A stretch of 64,000 nt of DNA from positions 1-64,000 of IMG/VR virus record IMGVR_UViG_3300032030_000024; one strand, written 5' to 3'. The stretch is from a virus. Its lineage: Duplodnaviria; Caudoviricetes. Both the position numbers and the translations under genes were made by a program. The notes below the pieces were generated by a model that saw only the letters and a program-made list of their open reading frames with translations, did not search any database and had not been told where the DNA came from. Shown here in pieces: positions 27,074 to 37,102 of this stretch; the first letter of the stretch is position 1; each line of letters opens with the position of its first letter.

Positions 27074-27457
27074 TTAGTCGTGGTTGAAAACGATGGTCGG
27101 GACGGCGGCCTTGAATGCAGCCGCAATAGTGGTGATAGGATAGGGCAAGGCTTTGTCGTTGACCTCACCGATGGTCAGCACAGCGGCCATTTCCGAGCCG
27201 TCCTTGGGGACGCTGTTCTCGATGATGCCGCAGTACTCATAGCCGTTGGGCAGACTGCCAAGCGCACCGTTGCTGACGGGGAAGGGCTTGTAGACCTTCT
27301 TTGTCTCGGTGTCGCGGATGCAGACATGACCAGCGCGGACGTACTCGTCAGGGAAATTGGTGAAGTCAAGGGCTACGCCGCCCTTGATGCCGTCCACATG
27401 CTTGCGGATAACGATAGGGTCGTTACCGAAGCCGTACTCTGTCTTAGTGTTTGCCAT
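27074..27457 (-). CDS. head decoration protein
   Basis: IKGGVALD..AGH..GEVN..LPY; directly upstream of capsid. Confidence 0.7.
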   Translation of the reverse strand: MANTKTEYGFGNDPIVIRKHVDGIKGGVALDFTNFPDEYVRAGHVCIRDTETKKVYKPFPVSNGALGSLPNGYEYCGIIENSVPKDGSEMAAVLTIGEVNDKALPYPITTIAAAFKAAVPTIVFNHD

Positions 27458-27479
27458 TTCTTTTTACCTTTTTTGAAGT

Positions 27480-28358
27480 TTAACTCATGATTGCGGCAAG
27501 CGCGTCAATCTCCGCCTCGGTCATGGGCTTCTGCTCGTCGCCCTGTCCCTGCTGCTCTCCTGCACCGGGCTTGCCTAACTTATCAAGTCCTTGGTTGGCA
27601 CGTTCCTGGTTCATGGCCTTGATGTCCTCCTGCACCCCGCTGACGAACTCGTTGAAGTCCTCGTCGGAGTCGAAAGTCATCTTGGCATAGTTCTTCTTGA
27701 TGCGCTCACCGTACACGCCCGAACCCTCAAGGATGGTGGCCAGCTGCTTCTCGCGGTTCTCCTTCACCTTCTCGGTCTTCATGGCGATGAACTCGTTACG
27801 GAAAGCCTCGAACTCCTCCTGCTGCTTCTTGGCGGCTTCCTGCTGCTTCTTCATGGCAGCGGTCTGCTCCTTCAGCTGCTGTGTGAGCTTCTCGTTCTCC
27901 TGCTTCAAGCCCTTTGCCCAATCCGATTCGAGAAGCTTCTGGAATCCTGCTTCCTCAGCAGCCTTGCGAGCTGCCTCCTCAGCGGCCTTGCGCTCTTCCT
28001 CGGCTTTCTTGGCAGCTTCCTCCTCCTCTGCCTTGCGTTTTGCCTCGGCCTCTTCCGCAGCTTTTCGTGCGGCTTCCTCCTCGGCCTTGCGCTTGGCTTC
28101 TGCCTCGGCCTCCTGGCGCTTCTCCTCCTGCTTCTGGATAATGCGGTTAGCGTGACTCTGCGCGAGCTCAAGGTGGAATATTGCCGCGTCCACTTCCTTC
28201 GTGGCCGCTGCCGTCATTGCCTCGTCCGTTGCATCGTCCTCTACATTGAGGTTGTCAGCAATCTTCGTTGCGACACCCTCCAGCTCCTCCTTCGTGAACC
28301 CGAGACTCTTGGCCTTCGGTTTCAGAAGTTCCAGTACCAACTTGGTTTTCTTGTTCAT
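27480..28358 (-). CDS. capsid scaffolding protein
   Basis: K/E/A-rich coiled coil at the head of the capsid operon. Confidence 0.7.
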   Translation of the reverse strand: MNKKTKLVLELLKPKAKSLGFTKEELEGVATKIADNLNVEDDATDEAMTAAATKEVDAAIFHLELAQSHANRIIQKQEEKRQEAEAEAKRKAEEEAARKAAEEAEAKRKAEEEEAAKKAEEERKAAEEAARKAAEEAGFQKLLESDWAKGLKQENEKLTQQLKEQTAAMKKQQEAAKKQQEEFEAFRNEFIAMKTEKVKENREKQLATILEGSGVYGERIKKNYAKMTFDSDEDFNEFVSGVQEDIKAMNQERANQGLDKLGKPGAGEQQGQGDEQKPMTEAEIDALAAIMS

Positions 28359-28617
28359 AACTCTTATGTTTGATTAATAAATATTAAGCAGCGGCAAATT
28401 TATCGAAAAGTATTTATCTAACAAACGTTTTAACAAATATTATGTGAATTTTTAAGTTAAAAATATGCCATATATGCGCAAAAGCGGCTTTTTAGTTGCA
28501 TATATGGCAATTATCTGCTGATTGTTGGTACAAAGGTACAAAAACAACAAAGGGACGACAACCACATACGGTTATCGTCCCTAAAAACGGAATTACCCTT
28601 AGTGCGGCCTTTTACGG
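28342..28617. repeat. ~275-bp duplicated terminator-promoter-start unit, copy 1
   Basis: near-identical to 35049-35323. Confidence 0.9.
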
Positions 28618-28618
28618 T

Positions 28619-28945
28619 CTATTCTTCTGGCGGGTTGTCCTCCGGGTCAAGGAGGAAGAAGCCGCCGTCTCGTGTGCGCAACGGGCCGTCTGAGGTGGAT
28701 AATACGGTCAGTTCGCCTCCGCTTACGCTGCACACCTCGCCCACAGACAGCTCCAGCTGCCGTACCGGACTGACGGCAAGCGTCGCCTGTCTGTCAGGCT
28801 CTCCAGCCACCGTCGCCTGTGCCTTCCCGCTCACTTCCAGCGACGCCTGTGCCGAGGCTGTCACCGAGAGGGTTGCTGCGGCGAAGGTGCCGACGGTCAG
28901 GCTGGCCAGCGATACCGGGGTGATGGTAAACAATAGACAAGCCAT
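28619..28945 (-). CDS. hypothetical structural protein
   Basis: Thr/Ala/Val-rich, C-terminal LRTRDGGFF. Confidence 0.55.
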   Translation of the reverse strand: MACLLFTITPVSLASLTVGTFAAATLSVTASAQASLEVSGKAQATVAGEPDRQATLAVSPVRQLELSVGEVCSVSGGELTVLSTSDGPLRTRDGGFFLLDPEDNPPEE

Positions 28946-28951
28946 GACACA

Positions 28952-29305
28952 CTACGGGTTTACGAGTTTACCAAGGGAAGCAACAGCAATCTCGTTACGC
29001 ACACCGTCATTCGCATCCGAGTCGGTGATATAGGCCGTGGCGATGACGCGCATGTCTCCAACGTTCAGGTTCTGCGTGTCGACGATGGCATACCACACGT
29101 CCACGGGATCGCCCTGCTCCGGGGTGACCGTCTCCTTGAAGATTACAACGTCCGTAGGGTCTTCGCCACTGCGTGTTTTGTGACCGACTACGCTACTGCG
29201 AGGCGACGCCACCGCGATGTCAAACTCATCCTCGTCCATCGAGAACCCTTCTGCCTGAAGGTTGATGGTGAACTTAATCTCTGATCCTTTGAAAAAATTA
29301 GCCAT
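28952..29305 (-). CDS. Ig/BppU-like small virion protein
   Basis: paralogous to 32197-32628 (GSEIKF..GFSMDEDEF vs GTDLKY..GFTLDHDDF). Confidence 0.6.
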   Translation of the reverse strand: MANFFKGSEIKFTINLQAEGFSMDEDEFDIAVASPRSSVVGHKTRSGEDPTDVVIFKETVTPEQGDPVDVWYAIVDTQNLNVGDMRVIATAYITDSDANDGVRNEIAVASLGKLVNP

Positions 29306-29382
29306 AAAAATTTAATTTTAGTGATTATTCATTAAGAAAATACGGGCGGTGCGGTGTTGCCCTTGACGCGAGGCTGAACCGT

Positions 29383-32190
29383 CTATGCCGCCGTTCCCGT
29401 GGCATCGACCCACGTCACGGCGAAGTCGTTGCCGATGGCGGCGGCATAGACGGGCATACCCAGCGTTGTGTCGAAATACGTGAAGCCCACGTAGATCTTC
29501 CGCCCCTCCGGCCGTGATGCCGTCGTGCCGTGTCTGCTGACGTTCATCTCAGCCCCGTCATACTCTGACAGCGACCGGTTCTCATAGATCTCCACGCTGT
29601 TCCCGTCAACGGCAGACCGGATGACGATGTACGGGTATTCCGCCGGGTCAGGCGCATTGAAGACAGCCTTCCCCATGTTCTTCTCGGTGACGACGGCCAG
29701 CATGTCCTCTCCGTCCGCAGTCCCGGTCTTCGAGAAATACAGGCTGGTATAGCCGCTCCGGAAGGTGGCGAAGTAAGCCTTGCCGCATTCCAGCGTGTTC
29801 TGCTCGATGATGGGGCTTGCCTTGCCGGCGCTCCACGCCTTCAGCCTGGCACTGCCGATGCCTGCGGACGTGTAGCCCATCTTGTTCTGGTCCTGGATGT
29901 AGACGGTCTCTCCGATGCTCTCGGCAGGGACAGGGATGTCAGGGACAGACCAGTTCTTGTCCGTCTTCGCACAGCCTTTGCTGTCCGAGATGAGCAGCGG
30001 AGTACTCCTTGTGCTGTTATGGACGTTATGGTTGAAGACCACGGACGCGCCGCTGCTCACGGAGACGATCGCCTTGGAAGTTGTCGAAGGGCCTTGCTTC
30101 AGGGTGTTGTCCAGCATGTTCACGACGGCACCGTTGGCAACCTGCACCATCACATTGTCTGCCACGTTCGTCGCATTGTTGTCCCGGACGGTTCCCTGGA
30201 AGCGGCTGATGTAGAACACATAGTTGACATTGCGCTCGCTGCCGTCGTAGCGGAGGATGTTCCCGGAGATGGCACCCTTGCACATCGTCGCTGCCGACGG
30301 CTTGACGATGATACACCCGTCGTTGAAGATGTTGTCCGTGATGAAGACCTCCCTGGTCTCGATGTTACGGAGCTCGAACCCTCTGCGGAGGATGACATTG
30401 TTGCTGAACACGACTTTCTGGATCTTCCCCTCGCGCAGGAGAAGGCCCCCGCAGATGTTGTTCCTGAACACGAAGCTGAGCAGCTCCTTCTTACCTCCCT
30501 GCAGGTCGTAATGCACGAAGCCGTGGAACTTCGTTCCCTCTATGACCAGTGAGTAGTCGTTAAAGTCAGTCTTTTCATCGTTGTAGTAGAGGAGGTTCGC
30601 CGTGTCGGTGCTGAAGATCTCACAGTTACGGATGGTCAGGCCGGCTCCGTGGAATCCAGCACCCACCTTATACAGCCTGCAGTTCTCCACCGTCACGTTG
30701 TTGCCGCCCGTGTCACAGCTGACATGAGGCGCGTCGATTTCCTCGTAGCGATAGTATTCTGAATTGGCATGAACGTCCAGGTCGTCCTTGGTGTGGGCGT
30801 CGTTGCTGAACCGTTCGAACTGCAGCCTCCTGTAGGTGAAGTTCCTGTTCACGACACAGTAGAGTCCATTGCCTCCGCCTGTTGCCAAGGCATGCCAGTT
30901 GGCCCTGAACGTACAGTCGGACACCAGGAAGTCCTGGCCGTGACTGATGGCAAGCCCATAGGCGTCATCTATGCCCGTGACGTAGCTTCTGATGCGGCAG
31001 CCGGTGATGCGGAAGGACATACCGAGGAGGAATGTGGCCGCAACGTTGTTGCCGTAGTTCTCGACGGTGACGTTCTCCATCAGGCTGTCGATGTGGCCGT
31101 TGACCTCAAGCGTATAGTAAGCCTGCGTCTGGCCGGAATGCCCGTGGCTGAACATCTTGAAGTCTGAGAGCATGTACCGTTTCGGTCTGAAATGCGATAT
31201 GGCGATGCGGTAGCCCGGAGCGTTCCCCATCGTTGTCACGTCACCTGTCCCGAATGCCATCGGATAGGTCCCGTACAGGTCACTGTGGAGATATACCGTG
31301 TTTCCTTCCTTCGAGTAGACGCGGACGATTTCGCTCGCCCTATGGTAGGCCCTCCCCTTATTGAAGCTACCGTCCACCACGTCGGTGATGACCAGGTAGT
31401 CGCCCGCCTCAATATCCGTCGCGTCCGTCACGCTGAGGGTGTTGTCGCCCTTTGACGCGTCTGCCGTCAGCGTACATCCCTCAATCAGGCTACAGCAGTC
31501 CTTGGTGCCGAAAGCCATTCCTGCACCGTCGTAGGTGTCAATGACGGTCGCGTCACCGTCACCGAAGACCTTGCAGCCGGCCATGAACGAAATCTTCCGG
31601 CAGACGGCATAGTGGCCGGAGGGGATATAGACGGCCTTCGACCTTGTCTCCTCGTTATCCAGGACGCGGGCAAGGTTCTCGAAGCCCAGCGTATGCAGGG
31701 CCTTGTTCCCTTCGTCCTCCACGTCCGACGGAGTGGCACCGAACATCTGGGGTGTCAGCACGTCGTTGTCACAGCTGCCGCTGATGGTCACGCCTGCAAA
31801 CGAGGGCCTGCCTTCAATGCGGGTGTGGCTGAGGATGAGAGACCCGTTCGAGACGGAGCCTCCCTCAAACCGCAGGGACACACTGGCAGGAAGGGTGACA
31901 CTGTCCCCCTGGAGGTCGAAGTCGTCCTGGATGATGTAAATCTTTCCTGCCTTCGTGACCTGCCCGGCAAACGCCTTGTTGCCTACCAGCACCACATAGT
32001 CCAGCGGGCTTCCCGTCCCACCTCCCCCGCCGCCCTGCGGCAGGTTCTCCACGTCCTCGATCAGGCTGTTGAGGACATCCTGCGTCTCTGACACGGACTG
32101 TGACAGCGCATTCCATTCAGACGCGCTGCAGGTGTCACCGCTACTCTTCTCAACGTGGACGTATGTCGGTATTATCTTCTCTGTTTCCAT
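29383..32190 (-). CDS. tailspike with parallel beta-helix (putative depolymerase)
   Basis: PQMFGA..VYIPSGHY..GDG start of beta-helix, Asn-ladder repeats, C-terminal GTTASRP..YFDTTLG..WVDATG. Confidence 0.8.
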   Translation of the reverse strand: METEKIIPTYVHVEKSSGDTCSASEWNALSQSVSETQDVLNSLIEDVENLPQGGGGGGTGSPLDYVVLVGNKAFAGQVTKAGKIYIIQDDFDLQGDSVTLPASVSLRFEGGSVSNGSLILSHTRIEGRPSFAGVTISGSCDNDVLTPQMFGATPSDVEDEGNKALHTLGFENLARVLDNEETRSKAVYIPSGHYAVCRKISFMAGCKVFGDGDATVIDTYDGAGMAFGTKDCCSLIEGCTLTADASKGDNTLSVTDATDIEAGDYLVITDVVDGSFNKGRAYHRASEIVRVYSKEGNTVYLHSDLYGTYPMAFGTGDVTTMGNAPGYRIAISHFRPKRYMLSDFKMFSHGHSGQTQAYYTLEVNGHIDSLMENVTVENYGNNVAATFLLGMSFRITGCRIRSYVTGIDDAYGLAISHGQDFLVSDCTFRANWHALATGGGNGLYCVVNRNFTYRRLQFERFSNDAHTKDDLDVHANSEYYRYEEIDAPHVSCDTGGNNVTVENCRLYKVGAGFHGAGLTIRNCEIFSTDTANLLYYNDEKTDFNDYSLVIEGTKFHGFVHYDLQGGKKELLSFVFRNNICGGLLLREGKIQKVVFSNNVILRRGFELRNIETREVFITDNIFNDGCIIVKPSAATMCKGAISGNILRYDGSERNVNYVFYISRFQGTVRDNNATNVADNVMVQVANGAVVNMLDNTLKQGPSTTSKAIVSVSSGASVVFNHNVHNSTRSTPLLISDSKGCAKTDKNWSVPDIPVPAESIGETVYIQDQNKMGYTSAGIGSARLKAWSAGKASPIIEQNTLECGKAYFATFRSGYTSLYFSKTGTADGEDMLAVVTEKNMGKAVFNAPDPAEYPYIVIRSAVDGNSVEIYENRSLSEYDGAEMNVSRHGTTASRPEGRKIYVGFTYFDTTLGMPVYAAAIGNDFAVTWVDATGTAA

Positions 32191-32196
32191 GATTTC

Positions 32197-32628
32197 TTAT
32201 GTTAGTATAATCGGGAATGCGCACCCAAAAGTCCATTCGTGTACTCTGCTGTTACAGTTTGTCGCCATCACACGCTCATAGCGGACGGCCATCCCGTCCG
32301 TACCCGCACAGCGGCAGCTCCTTGGCTCACACGGGCATACGCCGACATCCACGAGGTGCCGCATGTCGGTCACGCCCTGTGTGCCGTCGGCAAAGTCCGT
32401 ATCTCTCAGGTGACACGTCAGCGTGGCATAGTAGGAGCCATTGCGGACTTCCGGCATGACGAAATACCATCTGCCGTCGGTGTCACGCAGGAAGTCCCTC
32501 TTGCCGATGACGTATCTCGGCTGGCCATACCTGTTGCGTATGGTCAGCGAGAAGTCGTCATGGTCAAGGGTGAACCCGTCCAGCTCTACCGACAGCCTGT
32601 ACTTCAGATCAGTTCCCGGTGCTATCAT
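32197..32628 (-). CDS. Ig/BppU-like small virion protein
   Basis: start placed at MIAPG; paralog of 28952-29305. Confidence 0.6.
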   Translation of the reverse strand: MIAPGTDLKYRLSVELDGFTLDHDDFSLTIRNRYGQPRYVIGKRDFLRDTDGRWYFVMPEVRNGSYYATLTCHLRDTDFADGTQGVTDMRHLVDVGVCPCEPRSCRCAGTDGMAVRYERVMATNCNSRVHEWTFGCAFPIILT

Positions 32629-32632
32629 AGGT

Positions 32633-33139
32633 TCACTCGATGTATTTTTCGTAAACAGACCAGTCGATGCTGTCCTTCTCAGCCCAGCCGTCGGCCAGCT
32701 GCTGGTTCTTGTAGTCCATCCACGTGCCGAAGAAGTCAATAAGGGCATTGACGCTCGTGAAGGTGTGATAGACGGGCGTTCCGTCAGGCTGCTCGCCGAT
32801 CTTCCGCTTCATGGGGAGGGTCGCCCCCTCGGTCTGCAGGGCACGGTCGTAGTCTGCCTTCCAGTTCATCTGGTTCTCCTCGGAGAGCCATACCGGCTTG
32901 CCGTTCCATGTGAGGCCGCTGGTGATGCGCTCCCTGACACGCTGGTTGATGTCTTCCGTGATGGCGGCCTTGACGGCCTTCATGTCCGGCTCGCCGTCAC
33001 GCTTGTGATAGAAATACACCTCATGCCACGTGGCATGAATACCGTCTGGCTCCGGCTGCTGTCCGTAGCAGACCACGGTGCGACTACGCTCCTTTCTGAC
33101 AGGGGCGTACAGTGCTGATATTCCATAAACTTTGCTCAT
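32633..33139 (-). CDS. tail-fibre assembly-like protein (DUF4376-like)
   Basis: GLTWNGKPVWLSEENQMNWKA..GWAEKDSIDW. Confidence 0.65.
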   Translation of the reverse strand: MSKVYGISALYAPVRKERSRTVVCYGQQPEPDGIHATWHEVYFYHKRDGEPDMKAVKAAITEDINQRVRERITSGLTWNGKPVWLSEENQMNWKADYDRALQTEGATLPMKRKIGEQPDGTPVYHTFTSVNALIDFFGTWMDYKNQQLADGWAEKDSIDWSVYEKYIE

Positions 33140-33201
33140 CGTTCTATGAATCTTTTATCGTTTGATAATATCTTTTCGAAAGTGCGGGCCGGCGTGTAAG
33201 G

Positions 33202-35013
33202 CTACACGACGGCACGCATGGGAAATCCCTGTGACGCGCGGTGGAAACCGACTTCGCGTGTTCCGTCAGCCGAGCCCTTGAAACCGTATGCGAACAGCTT
33301 GTCGTTCTCGTCGACTTGGTGAAACGTTGACGACCAGTATTGGACGAACTCGTTGGGTTTGGCGACTTCATTGCCTCCATTTGCCCATCCACAGGCAGGC
33401 AAGAAGATGGAACTGTTGTTCACTCTTGACGTGAACCGGATGCCATTCCTGCTGTCCACCTGTACATACTCGGCCTCACAGTTGGCGATGAGCTCTTCAA
33501 ACTCAGCCTTCGTCGGCATGCGGCAAGGTGTACCCAGGGCTGCCAGAACGGCATCATGGCTTGCGTCGTTGCTGGCTATGCTTGCCCTCAAGGAGCATCC
33601 AGGCGAGTCAGGATAATACTCGGTGTCGGCGAACTTGACACCGTCAACGAATCTCGTCCCGCTCAGAAGATGGCCGTCGATGTTACCCCATGAGTAGAAG
33701 CATCCGGGTTCGGTCGGCTGGCCGATAGTGTAATTTCCCTGGCCGTCCTTGGTGATGTTTCCCTCGGCCCACAGCGTCCCGGAGGGCAGGCCAAGGTCGA
33801 CAAAGCCTGTCGGCACCACTTTCAGCCGCACAGTCTTCGTGGCCGAGACAGTACCGCCGCCTTCGAGCGTCGCCGTGATGGTCAGTGTCACTTCCATCGT
33901 GTTGGACGGCATCGAGGAGACCGTAAGCGTTGCGCCTGCCACCCCGTTGGCAGATACGATGATGTTACCGCCATACGACGTGTTGACGCTGGCGGCCAGC
34001 GAGGCGATGCCACGGTTGTAGTTGGCAGGAAGGATGCTTCCGATGGTGTAGGCGTATGTCCCTGCTGCGATAATCGTCTCATCACCGCTGATGGCGAACG
34101 ACGAGACGGGGATGCTCTGCACCGTCAGCGTCTCCGTCTGTGTATAGACATTGCCCTTGGCATCGGTGGCCGTAATCAGGAGCGAGTACTCCCGCGTGGC
34201 TGCCGGAATGCTGATGACGGTTGCCTTCAGCCGCAGGTTCTGGAGGCTGTCGAGGGCTACTGACAGGTACGCGTCCGAGCTGGCGCTGCTGCCTCCGTAG
34301 GACAGCTCTGCCCTGACGGATACCACGGGAACGGTGTACTCCGCGTTGACGGGTATCAGGACAAGGTTGCTGTCACCCGTCTCCGTCAGGGTCTCCGTAC
34401 CGCTCACGGTGAATCCTCCCATGAGCACCAGCTTCCTTGCCGTCACAGTGACCTTCTCAGACTCGATGCCTCCTGGGATAAACGCAGAGATTCCTACGTT
34501 CACGTCAGTGTTCACGGACGGGACTGTCAGGACACCCGTGCTGCAGTTCAGCGAGAACCCGTTGAGCGTGGCCGTGCCGTTATTCTCTTCGACGGGTGTG
34601 TTCCCGTTCCAGAGGCGGAAGTGTGCAGTGCCCGACGTGTTGGAGATGGTGGCCGCGAATCTTACGGTGTCCCCGCCGAAGACCACACACGCATTGCCGT
34701 GGATGGTGGTGTCGCTCGAAGTGACGGTGATGCTCGGAGTGAACGTTGCAGCGATGTCATCCTCGTGCAGCAGCTTGGACGTGTTGCCTGCATCGTATGC
34801 GACGGCATCCGCTTCGCTGTGGAAGAACTGCAGCTTCCCGTGATGGACGCGGGAGTACCCGTAGCTCTCTTTGATTTCCTCATTGTTGGCGGCGATTGCC
34901 TCTGGAATCCCATTCAGGAAGGTACGGTCGTGTACGTCATCAAGAAGACCTTGAACCTCCTGCTTGTTATAGCTGAGGTAGCGTGGGTCGATGTTTACTT
35001 TTCTGGTTGCCAT
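33202..35013 (-). CDS. Ig-repeat adhesin with C-terminal C-type-lectin-fold domain
   Basis: VDLGLPSGTLWA..RMPT..FLPA..YWSS..GFPMRAV. Confidence 0.75.
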   Translation of the reverse strand: MATRKVNIDPRYLSYNKQEVQGLLDDVHDRTFLNGIPEAIAANNEEIKESYGYSRVHHGKLQFFHSEADAVAYDAGNTSKLLHEDDIAATFTPSITVTSSDTTIHGNACVVFGGDTVRFAATISNTSGTAHFRLWNGNTPVEENNGTATLNGFSLNCSTGVLTVPSVNTDVNVGISAFIPGGIESEKVTVTARKLVLMGGFTVSGTETLTETGDSNLVLIPVNAEYTVPVVSVRAELSYGGSSASSDAYLSVALDSLQNLRLKATVISIPAATREYSLLITATDAKGNVYTQTETLTVQSIPVSSFAISGDETIIAAGTYAYTIGSILPANYNRGIASLAASVNTSYGGNIIVSANGVAGATLTVSSMPSNTMEVTLTITATLEGGGTVSATKTVRLKVVPTGFVDLGLPSGTLWAEGNITKDGQGNYTIGQPTEPGCFYSWGNIDGHLLSGTRFVDGVKFADTEYYPDSPGCSLRASIASNDASHDAVLAALGTPCRMPTKAEFEELIANCEAEYVQVDSRNGIRFTSRVNNSSIFLPACGWANGGNEVAKPNEFVQYWSSTFHQVDENDKLFAYGFKGSADGTREVGFHRASQGFPMRAVV

Positions 35014-35048
35014 TATCTTTTTGTTTTTGGTTGGTGTTTATGGGAATA

Positions 35049-35323
35049 TTGGTTTTCTTGCCATAACTCTTATGTTTGATGAATAAATATTAATCAGCGG
35101 CAAATTTATCGAAAAGTATTTATCCAACAAACGTTTTAACAAATATTATGTGAATTTTTTAAGTTAAAAATATGACATATATGCGCAAAAGCGGCTTTTT
35201 AGTTGCATATATGGCAATTATCTGCTGATTGCTGGTGCAAGGGTACAAAAACAAGAAAAGGGGCGGCAACCACATCGGTTATCGCCCCTAAAACGAAATT
35301 ACCCTTAGTGCGGCCTTTTACGG
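35049..35323. repeat. ~275-bp duplicated unit, copy 2
   Basis: near-identical to 28342-28617. Confidence 0.9.
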
Positions 35324-35407
35324 CCTTTTCTTTTGCGGGGGTGACACAGTTGCCAACCCAGTATATTTTGTGCGCCCTACGGCCTTTTCTGTGCGTCGTG
35401 CGGCCGT

Positions 35408-35635
35408 CTATTCGAAATACATGCTGTCACAGATAATGCTTACGCCGCCATGCCAGTCGAGTCCTTGTATCGATGATGCCTCTTGAAAGGTGAACTCGCC
35501 GCAGACGTACTCCTCGGCATAACTGCCGTTGATGCTGTACTCGTCGACGGCTGCTGCGAAATACGGTGCGGCCACGAGTGCCATGCCACCGCAATAGCCG
35601 TGCCTGCTTTTTGGCCTTAACTGAAATACATCCAT
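35408..35635 (-). CDS. hypothetical protein
   Basis: GYCGGMALVAA small phage protein. Confidence 0.55.
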   Translation of the reverse strand: MDVFQLRPKSRHGYCGGMALVAAPYFAAAVDEYSINGSYAEEYVCGEFTFQEASSIQGLDWHGGVSIICDSMYFE

Positions 35636-35639
35636 ACCT

Positions 35640-36080
35640 TTATATGCTCAGTCCTTCTACCTTGCGGATGAACATGTCTGGCTTTGCCCATTTATTCTCG
35701 TCAAAGGACTTTGGCAGCTCTTTGTCTACCAAAAACACCATGCGGCCAATGCTGCAGATGTTACTGCCACCGTCGAAGTGGTCGTACTTATAGTCAAGAT
35801 TGACTGATACCACGTAATACTTCTCACTTGCCTTGTAATAGCGGTCTTTCTCGTCCTTCGGTGTGATGGCCACCATGAAGCCGTCTACTACAAGCTTCTC
35901 GAACATCATGGGCATCTGCCGAATCGGTGCACTCTCAAACCGATATAGCAGAAGGTCTTGATGCTTGTTCTCGAATACCTCCGTATCTTTTACCTGCTCA
36001 CTTACGCCAAGCCGTGCCAGTGTCATGTTTACCTCACTGAGGATATACTCTCTAACGTCGTTTCTGATTAATGTCTTCAT
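35640..36080 (-). CDS. hypothetical protein
   Basis: 146 aa; ACGAGT-ATG start context. Confidence 0.65.
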   Translation of the reverse strand: MKTLIRNDVREYILSEVNMTLARLGVSEQVKDTEVFENKHQDLLLYRFESAPIRQMPMMFEKLVVDGFMVAITPKDEKDRYYKASEKYYVVSVNLDYKYDHFDGGSNICSIGRMVFLVDKELPKSFDENKWAKPDMFIRKVEGLSI

Positions 36081-36123
36081 ACTCGTATATTATAAAGGTG
36101 ATACTTCTTTATCGTGGTGGGGC

Positions 36124-36525
36124 TTAGTTGTATAAGCCCATCCTCTTCAACTTCTTTGTCACGCCATCGCTGATGTCTTTCAGTTCAAAGGCTCTGCTGA
36201 CGTGCTCGCCCGTTGCCCTCTCATATACATAAGGCTCTGCGCCATCGTAGGGGCTGTAAAGGTTAGCCATATAGATGTCTGCGTAATCCGTGCCGCAATT
36301 CTCTACGGCGTACTTGTTGGCCTCGTAGATTCTCTTGGCCTCGGCCTCGGTCAGCCCCTTGGCGATAATCACCTCATCGGGTGCTTTTGCGCCGCAAGGC
36401 AGCTCGTTGAAGCAGTCGGTATATACGAACCAGCTGTGCTTGTAGGTCTCGCTCTTCTCAACCTTGTCGGTGAACCTGTACCAATCCTGCCAAGTGTTGA
36501 TGCTGTTGATGATGTTCTGTACCAT
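36124..36525 (-). CDS. hypothetical protein behind conserved leader
   Basis: start placed at MVQNII after ACGAGT. Confidence 0.65.
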   Translation of the reverse strand: MVQNIINSINTWQDWYRFTDKVEKSETYKHSWFVYTDCFNELPCGAKAPDEVIIAKGLTEAEAKRIYEANKYAVENCGTDYADIYMANLYSPYDGAEPYVYERATGEHVSRAFELKDISDGVTKKLKRMGLYN

Positions 36526-36601
36526 ACTCGTCTTGCGCCGTGTTTGGGTCTTGCGCTCTTGACCTCTAAGGGGGTGTTTCGTTTGTTGGTACAAAGATAC
36601 G
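36523..36601 (-). promoter_or_regulatory. promoter plus structured leader (copy 2)
   Basis: TATCTTTG..CCCTTAGA GGTC-AAGAGCGCAA-GACC..ACGGCGCAAGACGAGT-ATG. Confidence 0.7.
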
Positions 36602-36699
36602 AAAAGAATGGCAATGGTGCAAGAAAGACCGCCATTTCTTAGCTTTAGTTAGCTATAAAGGCGGTCTTTTAGCTTTTGTAACCAAAAAGACGATAGCAC

Positions 36700-36867
36700 T
36701 CACCGCCTTTTCAGCGTCAGCCTAATAAGGTCGTTGCTGGAGAAGAAACCGTCCACGGCTCCTTCCTTGCAGTCTCTCTTTGCCCTTGCCAGCTGCTCCT
36801 CCGACAAGTCCTTTACGGACAGCCCGTAGGTCGCCAGCCGCTGCTTTAACTCGTTGTCCTTTGCCAT
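36700..36867 (-). CDS. small hypothetical protein (55 aa)
   Basis: MAKDNELKQRL..., below ORF-track cutoff; last gene of the cassette. Confidence 0.5.
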   Translation of the reverse strand: MAKDNELKQRLATYGLSVKDLSEEQLARAKRDCKEGAVDGFFSSNDLIRLTLKRR

Positions 36868-36870
36868 AGC

Positions 36871-37101
36871 CTACCTCCTTTCCAGTTGTCCTATCTTCCT
36901 GTTCAGTACGTTCATCCGTGAGCTGTATTCTGCCTCGGATAACTCACCACGGGCATACATCTGCATCACCCCGGCCTTCTGCTGACGGTACAGGTCGAGA
37001 TAGTCACTCACCGTGTGGCCGCTTGCACGTGCCTTGTCGCTGCGCATGGCGTTCAACGGGCTAACGCTCGATTCCCTTGCCACAGTGCTTTCTTTTGCCA
37101 T
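36871..37101 (-). CDS. leader-family protein
   Basis: MAKESTVARESSVSPLNAM. Confidence 0.75.
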   Translation of the reverse strand: MAKESTVARESSVSPLNAMRSDKARASGHTVSDYLDLYRQQKAGVMQMYARGELSEAEYSSRMNVLNRKIGQLERR

Positions 37102-37102
37102 A

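Noticed and set aside
27900-28140. Tandem-like repeats in the scaffold gene
   Set aside because: Explained by KAAEEA coiled-coil coding
33202-33400. DGR variable region in the C-type-lectin domain
   Set aside because: The fold is a typical DGR target, but no reverse transcriptase or template repeat was found in this window
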